Assembly: GCF_024521635.1 (NCBI RefSeq)
Contig: NW_026250442.1
Span: 124,001 to 186,416, forward strand
Source: Tricharina praecox
Taxonomy: Eukaryota
Direction: 5' to 3'
Length of the DNA: 62,416 bases
Within the stretch, counting starts at the first letter, position 1. Every line of letters begins with the position of its first letter. A program made the translations under genes and the position numbers. The notes under the pieces were generated by a model. That model worked only from the letters and a program-made list of their open reading frames with translations, had not been told where the DNA came from and ran no database searches. Shown here one piece after another: positions 12,931 to 24,940 of this stretch.

Positions 12931-13655
12931 ATGACCACCAAATCGACAAACCCCCTCCTGACCGTCCTGCTGGCCAGCAGCCTCCTCATCACCGCCCAAG
13001 CCACCGCCGTCCCACGGAGAGCCGACTCCTCGCCCCTGATCAAGGCTCGCTATCTCGAACCCTCGTAACTCGCGGTCCTCCACAGCCTCCAAAAGCGCAC
13101 AGAAACCTGCGTGAGCGGAACGACCTGCTACGGGACCACAAAGTGCTGCGGCCTGTATTGCTGCCGGGTACCCCCTCTCCCCCCATCCCCCCATCCCGCT
13201 GTCCACTGGCAAGTCGAGAAGAAAAAACTGATCCCGAAGCTACATAGGAAAACGAATCCTGCACCGGAATCGACACCGGCGGCCTCCTGGCTATATGCCG
13301 TGACGCTTCTGCTACCGCCGCTATCACAACCCGCTACATCGGCGACACCGACACCCCGGGCAGCACCGGTTCCCCCGCCGCTTCCCCCACCACTTCTCCC
13401 GTTGCAGCCGCCACCGCCGTCTCCGCGTCGCTCGCAGGTAAGTCCTTCAGCGAGTGGCCCGCAGGTAAGTCCTTCAGCGAGTGGCCCGCGTGGGCAAAAA
13501 CTGTTGTCATCGTCGTCCCGGTCGCCGCTAGCATCGCTGTCATTGGCATGATAGTCTCCTGCTGCTGCTATAAGTCTCGTAGCAAGGAGGAGGCGGCGAG
13601 GAAGAGTGGTGGTCATCCGATGCGGGATTGTGGTGTCGTTGGGGATTCTACCTAG
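12931..13655 (+). CDS. Small Cys-rich type-I membrane protein with an in-frame TAA at 13066 (possible pseudogene); intron 13168-13247
   Basis: Signal peptide MTTKSTNPLLTVLLASSLLITAQA; KR site; Cys cluster CVSGTTCYGTTKCCGLYCCR|ENESC; S/T/A stalk; TM VVIVVPVAASIAVIGMIVSCCCY. Confidence 0.65.
13434..13489 (+). repeat. Perfect 27-nt tandem duplication GCAGGTAAGTCCTTCAGCGAGTGGCCC x2
   Basis: Copies start at 13434 and 13461 and encode AGKSFSEWP twice. Confidence 0.95.
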
Positions 13656-13969
13656 GTCAGAGGTAGAGTGTTCAAGTGTGGATGACGGAGAGGGAGAAAT
13701 TGTGGATTGTGGAGGTTGCGCTTGTTTTGGTTAATGTTTAGTTGCTTGTGGATGTTCTTGTTTGGAAAGTGGTGATTTATGTACATCTGTTCATGTGGAT
13801 ATCTGATATTTAGATATAGAAAAATTGTATTCGTACGGCATGGAGGCTGGAACCAAAGGGTGTAATACACTCAATACTCCTCAACTTGCTCCGATTAACT
13901 ACTGGAGTCCTGCTATAGCTACAAATCCACTCTGTTTTACACTACCACTATGTATCGATATTGCACCCA

Positions 13970-15447
13970 TTACTTCTTGTTCAACTTCTCCACCTTCTTC
14001 GCAAAGTCGTACACCAACGTCTTCGCCTCGGCACTAATTTTGCAGTCAGTAACGCCGCGGCGGAGAGGATGAGGGGGCGGAGGGATACGTACTCATCCAT
14101 GTAGATTGTGAAACCGTCGTTGTGGTTCCGTCCGAAGGAGTAACCGGAGTATCCGTACTGCCAGGGCATTTGGCCAGCTGCGAGTAAAAGGTTAGTACGA
14201 GGTCGAGTGAGTGATCACTGATGGTCGACGAGGGAACGTACAGAGCTTCTCCTTGAGCCCGATCTCCTGCCATCCTCCCACCGCCTCGGTGCGCGTGATG
14301 TTGTCCTGCTTGCCGAGGTACTCGAGTTGTTTCTCGGCCGTCAACCAGCCTGCACGATCGATCGGTCAGTATGTACTCCATGCATACGGGTGGCTATGGA
14401 CCGACTCACCGTACTCCTCGTGCACCACGGGCTTGCCGACTTTCCGCATACTCGTGGCATGGTCCCGCACCCACTGGTTCCCCCACTCCAGCGTCTTCGT
14501 CCACCAATGCGGGTAGCTGTGGAAGACACCATAGTCGATATTCTTGAGCGCGAGCTCATGGTCGAAGTCACTCCCGTCAGCGCCGTTGTACGCCCAATCG
14601 TCGCTCACGATATTGAAGGCGCCCTCGCCGCCCCACGTGACCAGATGGTGGGGGTCAACACTCTTGACGAACGTCGACATCTCATCGATCCAGGCGGACA
14701 TGAGCGCGGGCGTGCAGTTCTCACTGCGGGGGAGGTTACGGACGCCGTCTGCGCCGCAGCGCGGCTCATTGGCGAGCTCCCACGCCATGATCGCCTCCGA
14801 GTCCTTGTAGCGGCCCACGAACGCTGCGACATACTTCTTGAACGCGGCCTTGACCGCCGGCAGGCGGTAGAAGTCGTCGTGGTACTTGCCGCCGAGGTTG
14901 ACGGTGTACACATCCATGCCGCCGTAGTCGGCCCAGTTGTTCGTGAGCGCCACCACAAGCTTCATCCCGGTCTTCTCGGCCGCACGAACGACCTTGTCGA
15001 ACGCCGGAATCCCGTTCGAGCCCATCTGGATGATCTGCTTGCCGTTGTCGAAGCGCTGGAATACCACCTCGGTGGCCCCGGCACCCTCGCCGCCGTATGC
15101 GGGAAGGCCGGTCGCGGACGTCGTTACGTTCTTGTCGTTGAAGCCCCACGTGCGGAATACCTTCAGGCCGGCCTTCTTGGCGACCTTGAGGCCAATCTCG
15201 ACGTCGGTTTGGTTCTGCTCCTGGCTCAGCACGACGACGACGGATGTACGGATAGGAGGGGAAGGGGAGGACGCACGTTGATGAAGGGGAAATAGTACGC
15301 ATTGCTCCCCGCGAAGTAGAAGTCCTTTCCGTCGAGCTGGAACTTGGTGCCCGAAGTCGTGACGAAGCCCTTTCGTGGCTTTGAGCTGGGAGCTGCCGCG
15401 GCAGAGCCGATGACCGCAAGGAGTGGGAGGAGGTTGCCGATGAGCAT
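13970..15447 (-). CDS. Secreted GH5 endo-beta-1,4-mannanase (5 exons)
   Basis: Signal peptide; [31 protein letters not shown]; catalytic WELANEPRC and VVHEEYG; C-terminal WQYG..DGFTIY; no CBM1 seen. Confidence 0.95.
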
Positions 15448-16081
15448 TGTGCGATTGTACTTCGATTTCGGACGGGCGGTGAGGGGCTGTCAGAAGATAT
15501 GGCACGCGATGCCGTCCGTTATATACATCCTTTTTTCTCCGCCTGATTTCGAAGCTCAATCGCTACATTATCCACAAGGCGTGGCCCATGGGGCGATTCG
15601 ACACTTTGCACATAGCATTTGCAGCGATTCTCCCGGAACCGTCGGCGGGACGTTCCTAGATCATCGACTTCCCCACGTCCGAACAACCGGGGAACTACTG
15701 TGCCATGGATCATGGAGTGCATAAGCTGCTGCCAGATGGGCGACAAATCGTTTCGCCAGGGGAGATCGCCATTGTGGTGGATCCAACAACGGTCGTGTGG
15801 GGTAATCTAGCGCGGGTGTACCTTGCAGTCAGTTTTGCCGGAGACGAGTTGGCGAACGTGCCAAGGGTGGTGTCAGGTGAGTGCGGCCCGGTTTCCCGCT
15901 CTAGGACACTTTCTGGATATTAGCTGGCGGGGAAACGTGTGATTTGCTCCGTAAGTCAAATTGGTCTGTGGGCGGGGTGGATCCAAAAGGATAAACAAAA
16001 CACCGAACGCCTTCCCCGCCGCATCACCCCACCCCCCACCACACCGCGACCGCCGACCGCTACATACAAACACCTGACTGT

Positions 16082-16586
16082 CTAGTGTCTCATCCCGTCC
16101 CATCCGTGGTACACCGTGTCGTCGTCCATATCCCTCGAGCCCCTCTTGAGCTTCCCTTCACCCCGCCCGACCCCCTCCTCGTGCTCATCATCGTCGACCA
16201 GCTTCTTCCTTACGGCAACATCGTCCTTGACTGCCTTCTTCTTTTTCCAGATGAGATAGGCGGCCAACAGTCCACCGAGCACGAGGATACCAATGACACC
16301 GCCGATTATCGCGGCGGTCCGCGTTCGCGAGTTCGAGGAGCTAGCAACAGCCTACCCATCAGTGCTCTGTCCGCGAGATGGAGACAGGAGAGGATGCAAG
16401 GAGAGGGGAGACGAACTCTGGTCGTGAACTGCCGCTGGGCAGCGACACGCGCGGCTTGGGCTTTGTTACTTTGATATTCTTGGAACCGCCCGAGACCGGG
16501 GTGGCGGGGATGGCAGATGCTTCTTGGATCGCGAGGAGGAGCGCGAGGAGCGCTAGCAATTGCTGGGTGCCGGTATTCATCGTCAT
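16082..16586 (-). CDS. Small orphan type-I membrane protein (signal peptide, short ectodomain, TM, charged tail); intron ~16416-16341
   Basis: LLALLALLLAIQEASA signal; AAIIGGVIGILVLGGLLAAYLIWKKKK TM plus stop-transfer; GTTCGT donor with a phase-compatible TAG acceptor. Confidence 0.65.
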
Positions 16587-19088
16587 CTTGGCCGTGGTCT
16601 GTGGAGAGCAGTGCAGTGCTTGGAAGCTCGATCGGGTGCTTGGGGGTACGTTGTATGAGGAACAGGAACTCTTGGAAGCTCGTGGGTGGAGAGAGAAGTG
16701 CCTATTTATTTCCCCTCACCTTCCCCGCTCATGTGGTGGCCTATCCTCATAGGTTCACTACATATCGTCGTTGATCTGCAGACTGCAGCTAGATAAATTA
16801 ATAGGCGAACGCCCCCGTGGGGCTGAACTTAATCGATTACTCGTCCAGTGAACGATTACACCGCATTGCACTGCCACTGCGGTTGCTCCGACCAATCGGA
16901 GCACGCGTATGTGCGTGCGGTATGCAAGGCGGCTACCGCAGGTACGCCAAAGGGACGATAGGGCTGACTTTTCAGCTGTAAGATACCGTCCGGTATACTT
17001 ACCGAACTCTGCGCAGACGGCGGTCACTCGCAGAAACCACCATCGGGCTTCGGCGATCAGTCCTTCCCTCGGTCGAACGCTACGATGATAAGCCGAAGGG
17101 GATGTGCGTGGAGGTTGGAGAGGGAAACTTTTGTAGCAGCCCGCAACAGCTGCCCCATTGTTGTGCTTGCATGCTGTGTCATGGCGTGGCTAAAGTCTCA
17201 ACAGGCGTGGCTCCGGGCCGGTGATCTCGCGCAGTCATTTCAGCAATATTGATGCAATAGTTGTGCTGGCGAGATGGGTCATGTGGTTGATTTTGTCTCG
17301 GACTCGGCCGAATGCGACAATCAAGATTTTCCGGATCGGCATGACACAAGATTCTATCGCGGGAGATGGACGAATGGGAACAAAATTGCTGTGTCAGTAA
17401 CAGTATTGAACTGACGGCTTGTGCGCAAACCGGTCCAATCGACGAGCGCCTTCTTGTTGTGTTGCGCCTCCTGGGCATGTCCTATTCGGTCGCCCGCTCC
17501 GCCTCTTGCCGCAGTGGTTTCTGCTCGGCCATCCAGGCACCGCAGTACTTGGAGAGGTGATATGACATGGTTGTCATATTGCGGTTGGCATCCCTACAAC
17601 CTTCTACCGTCGATCTTCGTATTTGTTTTCTATTCTTACTTCGTCAATCGCAGCCAGCGATATTCTGTTGTTTTGTTTAGTCATAATGAATTTGACCAAT
17701 CTAATAGATCTTGGCACAAGAACTCTGAGTATCCTGTCTGCTGTCGCCTACGATCTTTTCTTCTCCGAAAGTGTGACGAGTGATATTGAGTGCAGCACTG
17801 TGGTTCGAACGCGGCACCAAAAGCAAAAACCATCACCACCCTCGGTGGATGGCTTGGAAACCCCAAGAGCCGAATTAAAGGGTTTTCACCTGGTTGAACC
17901 CGTAATCTACATTCAGCTCCCCTCGCCGATTGCGTGGCCTAGACCGGTGGGCCCCGCGGGGGTTTTATCCGTGACGGGGACGGGAAGTCGAAAATTATGA
18001 ACTACTCGTGGTAACAACCGATGTACGGGCACGCAGACAGCGACGGCCGAGATCCGCCTACTCGATCGTTACCTCCATCTTGACGATACCTACATGCGGT
18101 GGTATCGGTGTTTCCACGCATTATCCATCTACTTCCACCACCACCTCTCCTCTCTCCTGTTCTTCCTCCTACGCTTCCACTTTTTTTCCTTCACCGGGTC
18201 ACTGTCATCCCTCGCTTGTTCTACACTCTCAATCCGAATTTCTTCTTCTTCTCCTTCGCTCATCCATTCCGGAGCATCATTGTTCTTTTCTCCTAGCATA
18301 TTGCTGTGAATCTTACCGATGGCCAGCATTTGCTCTGCCCACTTGCCAGCGCGCATGAACCTACCTAGAAGTTTCCAGTAGGTAGCGTTCGTTCTCCCTT
18401 TCTGCCGCTGCACTGCTGAGTAAAGTACCTACTGGTGCAGACATCTGACCGGATCTTCATGACCACAGTCGCCACCCACCATATTGTGCCTACATAATCT
18501 CTTAGAGTTATATGCAGTTTCAGGCAGCCAGCCGATCATGGGATATCATTCATCCTGCGCCACCTCGGGACTACGCCATCTCCAGTTAGGGGTGCCACTT
18601 TTACTGGTGGGGGGAAGAGAAGGGACCCCGCTCTTTTACCCCACGATTTAGCCAGGCTTCCAAGGCGGAACCAGCAACAGAGCGTACATAACAGAGGAGT
18701 AACAGCTGTGATCTACTGAGGTTCAATGCTGCTGTGCTATGATGATATGTAAAACAAAAATAAAAAGCTGCAGCATTGAGTGCCATTGACTTTTGACTCT
18801 TGAGTCATTGACTCGCTTCGCCGGTACCGGGCCTCTAGCGTACTCTAGCCTCGCGCATGTCGCCGCACACAGCCGCATGGCCCAGTCAGCTCCTAAATTT
18901 GTAGCCTCGGGATAGTGATAGATATGGCGCAGTCGGAGCCTGAATGCCTACTGTGATAGTCCGCAGCTTAAGTCGCACCGGAATGTATATATCAACCTCA
19001 TGTTCCACCGTTTCCATATCGTAGAACAACTTCTTACCAAGGTATCACCGTTCGGCCCCTCGACTAACCACACCGGAAACCCTCGACG

Positions 19089-22000
19089 ATGGAAGCAATC
19101 GGCGCCGGAGCAAACGTCATCGCGGTGGTGAACCTCGCGGCAAAAGTCCTCGCGGCAGTCTACAGCTACGGCGAGAGCGTCAAGGATGCGCCCAAGGTGA
19201 TCGGGCTACTGCTGCAAGAGCTCTCGGCTATCAACCGAACACTCGGCGGCCTGCAATGCCTTGTGGCACGCCTCGAGGGCGATCGTAGGGCGCAGCAGCA
19301 GGGCCAGCCACTCATGATGTCGCAGCTCGGATCGCAGGGCACTAGCGACACGCTGGAGGAGTGTCGGACTACCCTCGGCACGATGCTGGCTCGCCTCGAG
19401 GACGATCGTGGCGACAAGATCAGCATGAAGCTTGGCAGACGGCTGCGGTGGCCGCTGCGGGAGAAGGAGGTCATGGTGTATATCTCGCAGCTGGAGAGAT
19501 ACAAATCGACTTTCACCATGGCTCTGTCTTCGGATTCTGCGTGAGTTATTGCCGATGAACCGATCGCCGATGTTTTGTCGTGAACTCGTGGCGCTGATAT
19601 ACCTATCCCGACTGTAGGATGATGATTGCGGAGGTCAAGGATGTTCTCGCCGAGATACGCACCGAGAAGCGGAAATTTGACGACGTAGATGCGGCACGTA
19701 TGCAAGGTAGGCTCTCATACATTCGGTCCGATGAGGGGGTTCGGTTCGCCGAGCTAACCGCATGAACTATCCAGAGTCGAAATCTCAGAAACTCGTGGGC
19801 TGGCTCAAACCGCTCGAGTACAACGTCAAACACGAAATCTCCAGCCGCCAGCGCCAGAAAGATACCGGCACATGGTTGTTCGACGACAGACTTTACCGCC
19901 AGTGGGAAGAGGCCGACGAAGATGGGTCCCAGCTGTGGCTTCATGGCATACCCGGGAGCGGGAAGACTATACTTGCGTGAGTATCCTAATCTAATCTGTG
20001 GGGGTGGGATTGATCCGGTGCTGATTGTGTACGTATTCAGATCCAATGTGATAGATCGGCTCCAGACAACCCTGCCGGAGGATCACGGTTTCGCATACTG
20101 TTACTGCGACTTCAGAAACAGCGCGGCCTCGAACCAGGTCAACATCGTCCGGACACTTGCAGCCCAGCTACTCAGCGGATGGAACCATGCGTCGACCGAA
20201 AGGTTCGAAGACCTGTTCGTCAGGATGTCGAAGGGACAGACACCGCCCTCGACAGTTGATCAGCTTCAAGACCTTGTATTCAGAGCGGCAAAGTTACGCA
20301 AAAAGAATACCATCGTAATCGACGCCTTGGATGAGTGCAATGACCGCGAGGATCTGCTGTCGTTCATCGCGGCACTGCGAGACGAAAGGATCAACGTGCT
20401 GGTGATCAGCAGGTACGAGCAGGATATTTTGGACTACCTCGAAGATTTCCCCGCCATAGATCTGAAGAGGGAGGTCTTCAATCTGACCATCGACATGCGG
20501 AAACACGTCGAGGAGGAGTTCCAGAATAAGAAGCGGTGGGGACGTGTTCGGAAGGATATGCAAGCAGAAATCAGCGCATCTCTGCTGGAGGGGTCCGAAA
20601 ACAACATGTAAGTAACGTATCCGGGAAAGTGGCGGGCGAATGCAGTTGCATACTCACATCCCCGTAAGGTTCCGGTGGTTGCAGTGTCAGCTTGATCTTC
20701 TCTGCAAGATCAAAACCAACAAGGGAATCCGGGAAGCGCTATCGCGCCTCCCACAAGGTTTATTCGAGACGTACGACCGTATTCTCGAAAATATCGATCC
20801 GAACTGCGAGGAGCTTGCGCAAAAGGCCATTCTGTGGATTGCCGCTTCGGCCCGACCGATGCAATTGGATGAACTCGTGGAGGCTATCGCGGTCAATGAA
20901 GGCGAGCCTACTCTCGACTTGGATTCTACCGTGAATGATGGTCGCGACCTCCTCGGCATCTGTGGCAGCTTGTTCGAATGCGACAGATTCAAAAGTACTA
21001 GTATTGTCAGCCTCTCTCACTATTCTGTCAAGGTATGTAGCTAGGTCCCCATGCTGAATAGCTAAATCGGTCCATTTTCTGCCAGCTAATTTGCTTGTCG
21101 TCTGGCGCCATAGGAGTATTTAGCATCCGAATATCTAAAGAACAATGAGCGTCTCAACCGATACGCCGTATCCTTTCCCGAAGCCTATATTAAGTTGGCA
21201 GCATACAGCTTGTCGTATCTCCTGCTGGACGATTTCTCCGAGGGACCAACCACCGAATGGGAAGACATCGATGAAGTGATGCAGGAGCACAAACTTTACC
21301 AGTACTGCATCTTCAACTGGTCCAAACACGCTCAGCAAGTTCCGGAAAACGACGAAATCTTCAAGCTTTTGGAGACCTTTTTCTTCCACGAACCAAAGAA
21401 GTTTGCCTGGTTCGAGCAGGTTCGGCATCTCACGAAATCGTATTTCAGGGGTTGGGCGTCCCCGGAACATGTTTTCAAGAACGTAGGCCATCCCGACGAC
21501 GCCGGGCCGCTATTCTACGTTGCCGACGAAAACATCCCTTGGGTCGCTGAACGCCTGCTGAAAGACCACCCCGAGTTCCTAGAGGAAGAAGTTGGCACAC
21601 AAGGCACTCCACTGCTGATCGCGACGCTGGCACACAACACGGATGTGGTACGGCTCCTGCTGGGGTTCGGAGCAGATATGCACAAAGGAAGCCAACGTTA
21701 TCACGAGCGAGGGCTGCGTCCTCTGTGGGCAGCAGCGAAACGCGACTACATCGAGATTTTCGACATGATGATCGCCGCCGGCGGCAACAAGGACATCCGC
21801 TCTTTCACGAACGAGCACATGATCCACATCGCGGCGTTCGAGGAAGCAAAGTCGGTCCTTGCACGACTCATCCAACTCGGAGTCGACGTGGACACCCAAT
21901 CGGCAGACGGCTCCACGGCTCTTCACTGCGCTGTCCGAGCGGCCTCCCTACCTGTCGTGCAGATGCTCGTCGAAGCCGGCGCCGATGTCAAGGCCCGCAC

Positions 22001-22848
22001 AAGAGTGGGACAGATGACTCCGATGCACATCGCGTTCGTGCTGCACAACGCCGGTATTGCAGAATACCTACTCTCGCAGCTAGCTACAGACGACATTGAG
22101 ATCCTATCCGACATCCAGCCCGCCGATCTGCAATGGGCCGCGCATCTCCCGTGGTACCGGGAGATCGCTCCAGTCCTGGGCCGTACGGAGGCGCAGCCGA
22201 CAGTAGTATCGCTCACGCCAAACGACTGCTTGTATATCATGTCTATCTTGACGCAGTTCCTGCCGTTGCCAGAGGAGGTGATCCTCGGAATCATGGATCA
22301 CGCAGAGGTATGGACGCACAAATCAGGCCGTCGACACGAGGTGATCTGTTTCGAGGCGGAAACGGAGCAGAAGGAGTCGCACATCTCCCTCCCCGTCGAT
22401 GCGTGCGGGAAAGGGTTGAAAAAGGTGGTCTTCCGCACCAGATCTCATGACCAAGGTATGCACCTACCTGTTTCTCGCTTCCTCCTGTTGCTTTGCCGCT
22501 TGCTGACGACCCGTTACAAGGCTGGAGCAGCGACCAGAAGTGGCAGGGATCCTACAGCCGTTCCTTCTCGTGGTTCGAAGCTCGGATCGCAACGCCCACA
22601 GCGGGCGGCGAAGAGCTCGTTGCGCGGGATGATATCCCGCCCGACATATCCAGCACAATGTCCACGCCAGCTGGGAAGCGAGACACCACACCATCGTGTG
22701 GGATGTGCGAGATGGGATTCCGGGCAACAAGGAGTGGCTGGAGCTTGTGAGGCCCGGCGATGTCGTGCAGGTGTTCCCGATGGCGCAGTATTCCGGGTGG
22801 CAGAATCACGTGGAGCATGTGGAGATGGATGTTTACTGTGCTGTCTGA
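19089..22848 (+). CDS. Fungal NLR-like protein: HeLo-like/SesA-type N-terminus, NACHT, winged helix, ankyrin repeats and an extra C-terminal domain; 7 exons; apparent 1-nt frameshift near 22640
   Basis: N-terminus MEAIGAGANVIAVVNLAAKV..RLRWPLREKE; Walker A LWLHGIPGSGKTILA; Walker B IVIDALDEC; FRWLQCQLDLL; LSHYSVKEYL; ANK motifs GTPLLIA and GSTALHCAV. Introns 19541-19617, 19707-19774, 19977-20040, 20608-20668, 21033-21113, 22456-22520. Confidence 0.92.
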
Positions 22849-24940
22849 GGGCTGGGACGGTTTGGGAATCGTTTGTAGCGCCTGTTTTGTAATTATGTAC
22901 ATATTTGAGCGTGTAGGGTCATGGATGGAGTTTTTTTGGGATGTTTTTTCCCCACCACCAATTACGTGCGGCCTGTAAATCGTTTGGAGCCTTGTGACAA
23001 ACATCTGCTCCGCAATTACTAGAGTAATCGCGTGATGAATTGTGATTCCGCGCGGATCTGCCAAGAGCCATGCGGCTCCTTAGGTAAGTACCGTGTTCTC
23101 CAAGGCCGCTTGTCACGCCGGCACCGTCAGCCCGCCTCCACACCGCGCTGGCGAGCTGACTGTAGCGTCGTCCGGCGGGCAAACGAGAGCGTAACCGATC
23201 GCATAGAGTACGGCACCCCAGTCCCTAGTAACTACGGCACCGCCCTGAATTCCACGACCAAGCTTTCAAGCTTCAAGGGAGACGCCGCTTCTGCAACTTC
23301 TGCTACTGCTGCTGCTATGATACTGCTGCTGCAGCTTCTGCAGTGATGCTGGCGCGTAAATAGATCACCGGATCGATCTGCAAGCCCCTTGTGCTTGTGT
23401 TTCTTTCAAAACATGGTTTTGTGGAAAAGTCTTCGTCTCCGACCACGACGACTACGCACGTGGCCGCCACTTTCTCGTTTGAGCTTTGACATGTGAAGTT
23501 GTGAACTGCGATGATGGCGTATGTTTGTACGCCGATCGCGGTGGATGGCGATGGCGATGGATATGAATGGATACCATATGGATGGCGATGGGTCTGGCGA
23601 ATTACCTAATCGCCGTTTGAAAAGTGCTGGCTTGTTCTTGTTTTGTTCTTGCTCTTGTACCTGCATGGTGATGGTTTTGATCTTCCCTCCTCCAGAGTCC
23701 AGGCTGTGTACTTTAGGTAGGTGCTATATTTACTCTGGGCCGCAGTGAACTTTGAAGTTTGGAAGAACAAGGCAGCGCTCCCGCGGGTGCTAGGAAGAGA
23801 GAGAGCGAGTACGGTAGAGGGGGTAAATATCTGGTACCGGCACCAAGTATCGGCCAACTCGTTTCAACTTTCGGTACCGGGGTAACTTTGGGGAAAATGA
23901 GGAATCCAGAGGATCGTACAATCGACGGCGCCAACTGTCTCATGGATTCCTCTGGCAAAGAGCACCACGAACGGTACTGTCGGTCTAGTTTCCGGCGATA
24001 TATCAGTACGTTGCCCGTAGGTATATGGCAGCGTTTTGTACCGGACCAAAAAGTCGAGTCGTTCGGACCGAGTGCTGCGACGTGTTGGCTCGAGCCATTG
24101 AGTCTAATTTACTCCAGTCATTTATTCGTTGACTGCTCACGACGGAGTCTTAATCTCTCCGACTGGGGATCGTTTTTCGATGTTTCGCACCCCCGGCGAA
24201 CAAGCCCTGGATCACCGTCTACCAGGCGGCGAGCGGCACTGCCGATCCCTCAGACATGACGAAACGCTTGTTGTGGCGGCGGGCTCGGATGACGTCGCTA
24301 GGTGGGTTGCCGCGTGGGGGATGGAAACTACTCTGTGCGCGTACCGGAGATCACTGCCGTCTCCCATCCCGGCAACCAAGTGCTTGTGTATGTACGACCA
24401 ACCTTGCCCGCGCCGGTATCGATGTGACACCAACAAGAAAGCGGCGAGCGTAACTATGCCGTCACCATGACGGCGGAAACGCGACGACGACGACTCGACT
24501 CTCACGCCTTCGCGTCGCTCGATGCGGCCATTGGCGGACGTCGGCAGTGGCGGAGGCTGCGCGCGCTGGGGAAAAGCGGGCGTGCAGAAACGTGGGAGCC
24601 GCAGTGCTGTACTCCGTGAGCGTACGGATGATGTCACCGACGACATCGGTGCAGCGAAGCAGCGGAACAAGCCCGTCGCCTTCAATCGGGCTGCCGTGTG
24701 TGTATGTGGCCTTGATGGCAGGAAGTAGGCAGGTCCCTCCATCGAGAGCTGTATGTAGATCAATTGTCTCCGGCATGAATGGGGCAGACATAAAGCCATT
24801 GCGTTTCCCGCCTTCACTCCCATTCTTCTTCTTCTCCTCCATTCCAAACACAAACACATTCACACTCCGCAACATCCAATTCCTCACACTCCAACCAAAA
24901 AAACACATCTTCACTCCACACATCCACACATCTACCCAAT

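Noticed and set aside
14327..15419. Long overlapping ORFs across the mannanase (14327-15295 +, 14766-15419 -)
   Set aside because: Antisense or alternative-frame shadows of a GC3-rich gene; no motifs.
16600..19088. Searched for an amyloid-motif effector partner gene next to the NLR
   Set aside because: No credible ORF or HET-s/PP/sigma-like motif was seen, and the NLR carries its own N-terminal effector domain.
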